A DNA stretch of 15,468 nt, from the NCBI RefSeq assembly GCF_006345805.1, contig NW_021825486.1, positions 1-15,468 of the forward strand, given 5' to 3'. The stretch is from Octopus sinensis (taxonomy: Eukaryota). This document shows positions 1-8,556 of this stretch, in pieces (the first letter of the stretch is position 1; each line of letters opens with the position of its first letter). Under the pieces are notes generated by a model. The model made no database searches. It saw only the letters and a program-made list of their open reading frames with translations, and had not been told where the DNA came from. The position numbers and the translations under genes were made by a program.

Positions 1-704
1 AAATCAAATAAAAAAGCATGAATGACATATGGTTATTTCTCAAAATGGCTTATAGAATTGAAAAAACTAATTACTAATTTTACATAATAATGCTACTGTA
101 CACTCACATGATTTAGAATTCAGTAACAGCGAATTATCTTTAAATACAACATCGAAGTTACAACCATTTGAGCAAGGAATAATAAAATCATTCAAAGACA
201 GGTATAGACAACCTCTGTGCACACTTGATTAAATTTTATTCCAATGATGGCAATGGGACTGTACAGAACCTGACAGAAATAGAATAAATAGATGAGGAAA
301 ATTTTTTGATTCATGAAAATGATCAAATTGACGACGAAAACTTTATACAGAACTTTTTGAAAAAACTAAAACAGTAAGACTAAGTTAAAGAGAAAAATAA
401 AAATATTTATGTTCTAACACTATATGAAGCTAGTGAATATTCGAAGGCGCTTGAATTATGGTTTCTTGATGTACAAAAAGAAAAAGTATAAGAATTACAA
501 AAAAATTTTAAGAAATTATCAAACTAATCATTCTCAAAAAATCACCGATTACATGATTAAAATCTCTAAATAATCTTTTTAATTATACTTTAATATTGTT
601 TTTTGTTATTTTGATTCCTTGTTCTATTTTTTTGTTCACTATATCCAATATTGAAGATAATGTTTTTAAGTAGACATTTTGTTCACTATAGAGAGGGTTG
701 ACTA
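1..704 (+). mobile_element. 3' part of a degenerate pogo/Tigger (DDE_1, CENP-B-like) DNA transposon, including the probable right TIR
   Basis: Frame 1 from base 1 reads KSNKKA*MTYGYFSKWLIEL (consensus SNKKAWMT..F.EWL). Bases ~143-210 read NTTSKLQPFEQGIIKSFKDRYR (consensus PNTTS.LQPLDQGII..FK..YR). A Tigger-like tail QKITDYMIK lies at ~535-562. The end gttcactatagagagggttgacta (681-704) is followed by TA, and ttttgttcactata is repeated subterminally at 630-643 and 677-690. Catalytic Asp positions are altered. Confidence 0.8.
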
Positions 705-706
705 TA

Positions 707-2244
707 CAGTACCGGTCATATGTTTTAGACTTCTGAAAAAATCCAGTGTTTGATTTTTCTAAAGAAATCTTATTAAAAAATGCTTTTCATTAAGCATTAT
801 CCATTTTTTTTTAGTTATTTATTTTTTCCCAATCTCATCGTCACTGTATTTTCGACATTTGATCTTTTTATAGTTTTGTCGAAACTGGCCCAGTCATATG
901 TTTTAGACATTTACGATGCACATCCATAATCTAAAATTTTTAAAAGTTAAAACGAGTTTTTATTAATTAAAAAACACAGTTAGTATTTAGTTACATCTCC
1001 TTTTTCGATATTACATCATGTATTCTATTTGGGATCGACCAATACAAGTTTTGAATATAATCATCTCCCATCTTGTTCCATTCATCTTTTGCCATCTCCC
1101 ATAGTGCTTAACGTTCTGAGGGTTCTTTTCTGATTTTGCTCTTTAAATAATGCAGCAATTTTCTATTATGTTAAGATCTGGCGATTGTGCAGGCCAATTG
1201 TTTAAAAATTCACTCCTTTTTCAAGCAAATAATTTTTGTAGACCGTGAAGTATGACATGATGCACCATCTTGTTGGAAAATAAAGTTATCATCATATATC
1301 TCAGAAAGCCCTTGTTCCAAGATTCGTTGATATTCTACGGAATCTACATTTCCTTCGCCAATATCAAGGCACTTTTCCATCGTGTCTGATTACCGCCCCA
1401 AACCATGATTGAAGGTGCGAATTTCTGAGTTTTCGTTGTGTAGTTCGAATTGAATCTATTCCAGGAGGTCTCCTTACGAATTCTCGTGCTTTCGAAATTA
1501 AGTCGATGCGGCACTCGTCAGTAAAAATGACCTTATTCCAATCGAATGAAATGTTTCTAGTGCAGAATATTTTTCTCTTCTTGATATATTAGTTGAAAGT
1601 CTAGGTTTTTTGGCTGCTATTCTTACGAAAAGTCATTTTGCGTAAGATTCTTCGTACAGTTTCGACACTGACGGTTTCCGTAATATGTAGGTCTTTTCTG
1701 ATTTCATTCGCTGTTTTTTTGGGAAAACGTCGAGACTCACGTACAAGATTCCTTTGAGCACGTGCCGAAAGAATACAATTTCTTCAGTTTGGTCTGTCGT
1801 AAAACCCATTTCCATCCAAATACCGTTGGTAAGTGTGATTTACGGCGCATCTGGATATTCCAAGTAAAATCGATATTTCCTGTACGGTATGACCATTTCT
1901 CGCATAAAAACAATTCTATGACGCTGTTCAACAGAAAGTCGTGGCATACTGCTTTCAATTAATTTAAAACACGTTTCCGATACGAAAAATAGAAAAAAAG
2001 TATAAATTTTATTGAAATATAATGAATTTAAATAAATGTCTAAAACATATGACTGGGCCAATTTCGACAAAATCCTTAAACATATGAAGAAGTCGAAGAT
2101 AAAGCGAAGATAAGATATGAAAATGATAAATATATAAATAATATAGATAATACTTACTAAAAAACTTTTATTTTATTGGATTTTCTTTAGAAAAATCAAA
2201 CACTGGGATTTTTTCAGAATGTCTAAAACATATGACCGGTACTG
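707..2244 (-). mobile_element. Tc1-family DNA transposon with IR/DR ends (element 1, 1538 bp)
   Basis: TA target duplication at 705-706 and 2245-2246. Terminal inverted repeat of ~63 bp starts cagtaccggtcatatgttttagac and differs between ends only by three 1-nt indels. A 40-bp inner inverted repeat (874-913 vs 2033-2072, 1 mismatch) reuses the core gtcatatgttttagac. Internal transposase remnant. Confidence 0.95.
980..1947 (-). pseudogene. Tc1-type DDE transposase of element 1, multiply frameshifted
   Basis: Starts MPRLSVEQRHRIVFMREM (ATG at 1947). Read across frames it gives TVSVETVRRILRK, VIFTDEC, IMVWGG, FIFQQDGASCHT and NWPAQSPDLNIIEN, ending KGDVTKY* (stop 980-982). Confidence 0.9.
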
Positions 2245-2249
2245 TATTT

Positions 2250-3540
2250 GCATTCATTTTGAAATGAATTTGTTTTCTTTTTTCTAATTGTACATCTTTT
2301 AAGTAACTTACCATTATTTTGAAATACCATTCCAAAACAATTAATTTCAAAATTGTGCGAATTCAGATAGTAGACTCTTAGTTTTTTATCATTTTTCTTC
2401 CAAGATATATCCGTAACTGTGTATGGTCCTAGAAATAGACTTTTTGCTGAGTATCGGCATTTTATTTCAAATATTAGTTTGATCAACTCGCTGTGAATCA
2501 TCAAAATTCCATTATCTATTTGTTATTAAGATATCCTCAGTGAAGATAATTAAACGGCAGTTATAATGCGCTAGTTTTGGAATATCCACCACGTAAATTT
2601 GGAATTAAAGTTTTTATCTCTTAAAAAATTTCTGATCCAATTAAAAGATGTTAGGTTTTTTTTCGTCTTCGCAACTGACCAAAAGTTCTAAATTTCATAC
2701 ATTATCAAATAAATTCCTGATGTCCAAACAAATAGCAGTTAGTGTAATATCATTTGAGCTGTTAATAACAATCTTACGGTATAGTTCATAAAAGCAATCT
2801 CCATATGATTTTGTGGTCACAAGGAAATTATGATCAATAGTGAGGTTATTCTCTGTGTGGCTAGAAAATTTGTTAAGCACAATTATTTCCTTTATTCTTT
2901 CCAGTGTGCAGATAAAGATTAATTGGTCTGTAATAAAGCGAGTTGTTTTTACTTCTCGCGGGTTTTGAAATCATTCACAAAACATTTTGGTAAGTGGACT
3001 AAAAACCAACTTGAATTGAAAAACTAATAAAATCATGTCATAGCGAGATGAACTATTTTTGCACGTTTTGATCGCACTAACAATTCGATCTTTAATAATT
3101 TTCGCATTATTGATAAGTAAAAACTGTAGTGATTCTTCCAGTTTCCTATTATATCTTCAACAGTGTCTGATGAAACTAATTTTTCAGGGTTAATTCCTTG
3201 GATCTTTTTCAGATGTTTTCGGAAAAGAGGTGGAACATCTTTTTTAAATAAAGTGATCAACTTTATCTTTCAAAATTATATCCAACCCTTGCGTTTAAAC
3301 GGTGGTAAATTTTCCAGAATTTTGAATTTAATTGGCTGAGTTTAAACTATTCGCTCCGCTATTTTTTACAAGTCTCTTCCTTTGCTGCTAAATGGCTCTG
3401 AATTTAGACTTTAGTTCTTGCAATCAATACCATCTATACATCTTTTCAATTTATTGTATACCATACAATGTATACTATTTTTCCATTCTAAGTTTGTAAA
3501 TTTCTTTATTCTGTATTTTATTTTCCCTTTAACATTCCCT
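2250..3540 (-). mobile_element. Degenerate non-LTR retrotransposon (CR1/L2/Jockey-like) ORF2 reverse-transcriptase remnant; boundaries approximate
   Basis: RT motifs occur in the correct order on the minus strand: DRIVSAIKTCKNSSSRYD (~3095-3035); TTRFITDQLIFICTLERIKEII..HTENNL..FLVTTKS..TAICLDIRNLFDNV (2945-2698; cf. NYRPISL..LERI..H..NNL..QHGF..KS..YLDF.KAFD.V); NWIRNFLRDK (~2640-2612; cf. WI.SFL.DR); LIIFTEDILIT (~2552-2520; degenerate YADD); INCFGMVFQNN (~2345-2313; cf. KDLGV...N). Several stops and shifts; the GVPQGS motif is not recognisable. Confidence 0.7.
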
Positions 3541-3787
3541 AAAAATTACTTTTAATAAATATTTTTCTCAAATGCTCAAAGAATAACAACAGAGCAGGGA
3601 CCGAAACTTAACCAATTAAAGATTTAAAAAATAAAATCAAAAATTCATTGATTTAAGACACTATATACTGTGACAACATTCGTGGCATCATCTTTATTTA
3701 AATAATTTACATTTTTAAATTTAAAATTTTTCCAATAATAATTTACATACTCTTGACCTTTATTAATACAGTTTCTCGTGATACATA

Positions 3788-4632
3788 ATGTTCTTTACCA
3801 AATTTATAACTATATATAATATCATATCCTATTTGGTATTAATAATTATATAATGTTTAGGGAATATTGGCAATGTCTTTATTTTTTGTATATAAACTGT
3901 CTATGATGACAGAACTCGGCATTTCGCTCTTTATTTTGAAAATAATGTTAATCAGCATTTGTATATTGGCCCTTTTCGGGGTACTTAGTGGTAATATGTA
4001 TTTATTTTCTCGGAAAAGATTTACTTCTGTTTCGAATGAAAGCAGGTTTTTTTTTTTTTTTAATTCCTATCCATATGGCCATATGGCCTTACTTCTGTTT
4101 CGGTAAGTATATATAATTTTAATATAGTATGGAGTTGTAATTTTGATGAATATAGGACTTATCATTGGGACGTCAATTTATTTTTTTACAGAACAAAAAA
4201 TGGTTAAAAAAATAATTGTTTAAAATAAAGATTATTCATAAATTTGTAGAAAATATAAAAACAAATGTTGATGACTATGATGAGAATCATTTTGCACTTG
4301 ATTTATTGCAAGAATCTTTAAAATGTTGCGGATCTGATTCCTATGGCGACTATATTGATCTTTTGGAAAGTTTTCCTAAAAGTTGTTGTGACAGTGAGAA
4401 CTGTACAGAAAATAACATTTATAAAATAGTATCGTTATGTAACTATTTAAGGGTTGTCAAAATTCAGTTGAAATTTTCATGAAGAATTTTAGTTTGTACT
4501 TTATTAACATTATCATTATGGAAGCATTCATCGCCGTAATTGATTTGTTGATTAATCGTTAAGATTTCTGAATTTTTAATTCTTATTTTCAACAGGCGTA
4601 ATGAAATCGAACACTGCACGGAATTTTGGTAA
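3788..4632 (+). CDS. TSPAN: Tetraspanin (about 215 aa), six exons with micro-introns, interrupted in this sequence by a 68-bp insertion
   Basis: Exons 3788-3835, 3861-4034 (insertion 4035-4102 excluded), 4128-4202, 4231-4428, 4452-4535 and 4564-4632 total 648 nt and join in one frame. GT-AG introns are 3836-3860 (25 nt), 4103-4127 (25), 4203-4230 (28), 4429-4451 (23) and 4536-4563 (28). The product has four hydrophobic segments and the EC2 signature LQESLKCCG..PKSCC...C..IYKI|GC. The symbol is family-level only. Confidence 0.85.
4021..4102. repeat. 14-bp direct repeat flanking a 54-bp insert (T15 run plus palindrome) in tetraspanin exon 2
   Basis: ttacttctgtttcg occurs at 4021-4034 and 4089-4102. 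The insert contains a T run at 4047-4061 and the perfect palindrome ccatatggccatatgg at 4071-4086. Confidence 0.85.
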
Positions 4633-4706
4633 TTAACTATTTAATAATTTCTTGAATACTAACTTAATATATAAAATTTTTTATAACAAATATTTTAAAT
4701 TTATCA

Positions 4707-4860
4707 ATGATCAGAACAGATACTATTGTAGAAAACAACAACCCGGATATCTTTATGTATACAAAGACGTGCAATACGATTATGCTTATTGAGATTTTGG
4801 CAACTTTGCAAGTTTATTTGAAACAGTTCAAAGTAGAGAAAATTCACGTTCTGACGTTAC
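4707..4860 (+). mobile_element. Fragment of a non-LTR retrotransposon restriction-like endonuclease (REL; R4/Dong-like), first half
   Basis: IRTDTIVENNNPDIFMYTKTCNTIMLIEILATLQVYLKQFKVEKIH matches the REL pattern IRTD...N.PDI...DK....I.LIE.......L...E.EK, as recalled from family knowledge. Confidence 0.6.
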
Positions 4861-5440
4861 TACCTTTCACCTTATTACCTTTCAGAAACAATACATTATC
4901 AGTCAGATTAGACTGTTTATTTAACGAAAATAAAATTTGAGCATTCGTTAAATAAATTTAACCAAAAAATTTTGTTTAATTTAAAATGTGTTATGTTCCT
5001 TCTTTTTAATTTTCGACAATATATTTCTCAAATTTGTATTCAAGGAATATTTTGACTTTCGTAAAATGAAATTTTCGTTATTTTTTTTCGTTAAATGGAT
5101 CATGTACTAATTAGCCATGTCCTTTAATTTTCTTTAACAAAATTAATTAATTCTAATCAAAAATCCCATATTTTGAGAATTTACTACATTTATTTACCTA
5201 AAAGTAATAAAGCTACAAAAATATCCTGTCAAAATCTCTAATAAATTAATATAAAATTCATGCAATCTTTTTTGTTACTCTTAATTTGCTTTTTTTAAAT
5301 TTATCCAAAATCTGAAAACGATTATCTTTGAACCAAATTAATAGTTATTTAGTTTCCGTTTCGTAATTTGTAGTACCCTCTTAAGGCACACGTTCAGTGC
5401 ACGGATAGGCAAATATATGTCAACGCGCAGTCTAGATTAA

Positions 5441-5620
5441 GAAGCTATTTCCTCAAAAGACATTGATAACCCGTGTCTGGATATATGGCTTCACCCTATC
5501 CTCTACTTTGAGCGCTTCCAAATGGTTTTTGAAGAATTTTGACACAATTTCGTCTCAGGTCATAACGACAGGGTCGATCTTCAATTTCGCCCGGTGGATC
5601 GCTCTCAGTTCATTTGCTAA
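5441..5620 (-). mobile_element. Fragment of a REL non-LTR retrotransposon C-terminus, second half
   Basis: The minus strand reads LANELRAIHRAKLKIDPVVMT*DEIVSKFFKNHLEALKVEDRVKPYIQTRVINVF*GNSF, matching the recalled tail LANEL..I....V.I.P.VMTWDGIV.K..K.HL..L.....V..YIQ. The + strand ORF 5463-5663 is its antisense shadow. Confidence 0.6.
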
Positions 5621-6240
5621 TTTGCTAATTACCTTTATAAAATTAGTTTGTTTTATTTATTAACCTATAAAACGAAATTCTTAAGATTTATGAAATTTTT
5701 TTATGCTTCATTTTTTCTTAGTTTTTTTTATCATGATTCTTAGTTTTGAATTTTTCCTATGTCCCTTAAAAAAGCAACAGCTTCTCTAAAAACTCTGAAG
5801 GCCAGTACTAGTCAGACAAGGGAACGAAAAGGAACACAGGGAACTTTTAACCACATAGTGGCAAAATTCTATAATTTCAAAGCTTGCATTATGAGTTTAT
5901 AGTTTTTGCTTATTCATGGATTCAACATTCAGAGACAATTTCAACATTAGCAGTTCATAGATTCTAGTGGAAGAGTCTTTTTATAATTCTTGAACCTGCA
6001 GAAAGCAGACTTCAATGAAAATTTGCTTGATGTTAATAAATTGAGACGATTTTTTCCCAATGTCATGGATAAAGGGCGTTTGAGAGATTTCTGGCGATCT
6101 CTAGGTTTCGAATGCTACGAAAGCAAAAAGGTAATGGCCCGAAAGAATTTTGTATTTATTGATTTTAAACGCCCCGTCTTGTTTGCTACGTCTGCATGAA
6201 ATAAGACCGACAAAATAATGTTCGGCGATGAGAACATGTA

Positions 6241-7684
6241 CAGTGGGCGCAAAAAAATCCGGTTTTCTAATTTCTCTATTTTTTTATATTGTGCGATATA
6301 ATATTTTTTTTTAATCTTAAATTTTAGTGAAAAGTAACTCTTATTTTTTTATTTTGATTATTTTCATTATTTTTTTCAAGAGATATTCCAATTTAAATTT
6401 ACAATGCGCAAAAAAACCCGGTTTTAAAAAAATGTCAAATTAATATTTAATATGCCGTCCTTTAGCCAAAAAACATCGTACACCCTCTCGGCATGCTGTT
6501 TATGAGTTTCTGTATTAGATCTTTCGGCATATTTCCCAAATTTCGATAATTTTCTTTCAGCTCATGCATATTTTTTGGAGGATTTTCGTACAATTTACTT
6601 AATATATGCCCAAAGATGTTCTATTGGATTTAAATCTGGCGATTGCGTGTGCCCAATCCAATAGTTTGACGTCTTTCGGCAAAGAAATCTTTCGTGATCT
6701 TTGATGTGTGTGGAGGAGCCATGTCTTGTTGGAATATGAATTCATTCAAGCACATTTTCGCAGCGGACTCCCACAGATTATTTGATAATATGTTCACATA
6801 AGTTGCTGAGTTCATAGTTCCATTTATAAATACTAGATTGCCTACTCCATAATACCCGAAACATCCCCACACCATTATTTTCCCCCTCCAAATTTAACAG
6901 TTGGAGATAAGTGCGATTTTCTAGACGTGTGTGTTTTTCCTATAACAAAATTCCTTTTTTTGTGATTAAAAATTTCGAAACAGCATCATCACTAAAAATA
7001 GTTGATTTCCATGACGTCATATTCAGTGCGATAAATTTTTTGACAAGGAATATCGTTTTTCGATATTAATTTTAGACAGATACGGTTTTTTTTGACAACA
7101 CGTGAATATATTTCCTTTTGTTTCAGATAATTCCCAATTGTTCGTTTTGAGACGATTTTTCCTGTCAAGAATGAAGATCCTTTGACAGGCAACGGGAAGA
7201 TTTTTTCGGATTGTCAGAAACAAGCGTCAATAAAGTATTTATATCATCATTATTTAATGTCCTAGGTCTTCCAGAACGGACAGTCTCTGTGTTGTTCCAT
7301 ATTTTTGTATTTACGTATGTAATCTCCCACTGTTGATCTGGGAATTTCTACTTCTTCTGAAATTTGTTTATATGTCAATTAAGGAAATAAAGTTGAATAA
7401 TTTGTCCTTCACAATTCTGAAATACACGACATCCAACAACAACAAAAATGACAACAATTTCAAATTTTGGAGAATAAAAGACTCAATAATAAAAAAACCG
7501 AGTTTTTTTTGCGCATTTTAAAATTAAATTCAAGATATCTCTATGAAAAATAAAAAAATACTTAAAATAAAAAACATACTCGATTTACATTTCAAAATGA
7601 TACTAAATTAAAAAAAAATAATATAAAATTTATATTGAAAAATTCGAAAAAATAAGAAAACCGGATTTTTTTTTGCGCCCACTG
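6241..7684 (-). mobile_element. Tc1-family DD34E-type transposon with IR/DR ends (element 2, 1444 bp)
   Basis: TA duplication at 6239-6240 and 7685-7686. TIR cagtgggcgc(A7 or A9)tccggttttct. Inner repeats atgcgc(A)n..cggtttt at 6404-6425 and, inverted, ~7494-7516. Confidence 0.95.
6440..7432 (-). pseudogene. Tc1 transposase of element 2, frameshifted; start approximate
   Basis: ISEEVEIPRSTVGDYIRKY, SGRPR, KRTIGNYLK, IFSD, LSPTVKFGGEKIMVWGCFGYYGVG, FIFQQDMAPPHTSK and PDLNPIEHLWAYIK, ending AKGRHIKY* (stop 6440-6442). Confidence 0.9.
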
Positions 7685-8149
7685 TACGTGCAAGTAGCAT
7701 CGGTCGGCTATCACAGAATGGGACAATTATCAATTTGCCTAGTTGATTTCCGTCATCCCGATCTAGTCCGACCGGTTGCAAAATTGAAAAGAGGTTTGAT
7801 TTGATAATTGTTTTTAATTCGATAAATTAAAAGATTTAAAAATAAATAATTAGAATTCAATGTCGCCGATCCCTTTGTTTTCAGCTATTAACTTAATTTC
7901 AACTGGTTAACATTAATAAAGACTACCAGTGTACCAAAATTAAAACAAACTGCACATACCCATTTATTAGGAACTCCTTTTTTGATGACAAGACAGATAA
8001 TAATGATAAAACCCGCATAATAAATAAGATTCTAATTAATGACTTTAATTAACAATAATAGAAATACTCCAATGGCTGATTGGGCTTTCTTAATTCTTAA
8101 TTCCTCATATAGGTTAATTAGTGCTATAATGAATTTAATCCAAATACCA

Positions 8150-8415
8150 CAAGCGGTACTTGAGACAGCTGGGTGTAGATAAGACAGCTGGTGTAAGTCT
8201 CTACAGGCTTATATGTAGTCAACTGTTCTTAAGAGGACTCTGGAAAGTGTCTCGTTTGATGCTCGCTAATCCAGCCCTTTCCTGACGTTTAGTCAGCGAG
8301 AGGCGCTGGACTGCACCTTCTCGAAGGTCTACAGTACCAGAGAAGAGGAGGAATAAGTGGAGGAGGTGCGTGGAGTGTCATTCTCTGCTCACTTCGAAGG
8401 CTCTGGACTTGGAAA
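8150..8415. other. GC-richer non-coding island with short repeats, possibly a solo LTR or other repeat fragment
   Basis: Visibly more GC-rich than its flanks, with no ORF. Near-tandem agacagctgg(g)tgta at 8163-8177 and 8182-8195; purine tract at ~8339-8367. No partner LTR or TG..CA termini confirmed. Confidence 0.25.
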
Positions 8416-8556
8416 AATTACTTAGTTAATTAGTTTCTTTTTATTAGTAAACTAAATAACTGCCTTTAATTTAGAGTCACGCTGCTAGAATACTTATTTA
8501 CCCAAATTCCATAAATGACTTTTTTATTTCACCCAAGAATCACCAACATTCAATTA

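Noticed and set aside
2250-3540. Telomerase (TERT) or Penelope-like RT
   Set aside because: LERI..H..NNL..F..KS and WIRNFLRD fit non-LTR (CR1/L2-like) RTs better, and there is no T motif or GIY-YIG domain.
3991-4018. Extra 28-nt tetraspanin intron (gtaata..aaag)
   Set aside because: Splicing it puts the next exon out of frame with the third transmembrane segment, and the unspliced frame already fits the family.
19-6199. TGA at conserved Trp positions in TE remnants (19-21 KA*MT; 5555-5557 MT*D; possibly 2695-2697 and 6197-6199), while the stops in the gene and transposase models are TAA, suggesting UGA=Trp
   Set aside because: Every Trp in the TMC and tetraspanin models and in the Tc1 motifs is TGG. 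TGG-to-TGA transitions are expected in dead elements in an AT-biased genome. A genome-wide codon test on conserved genes would settle it.
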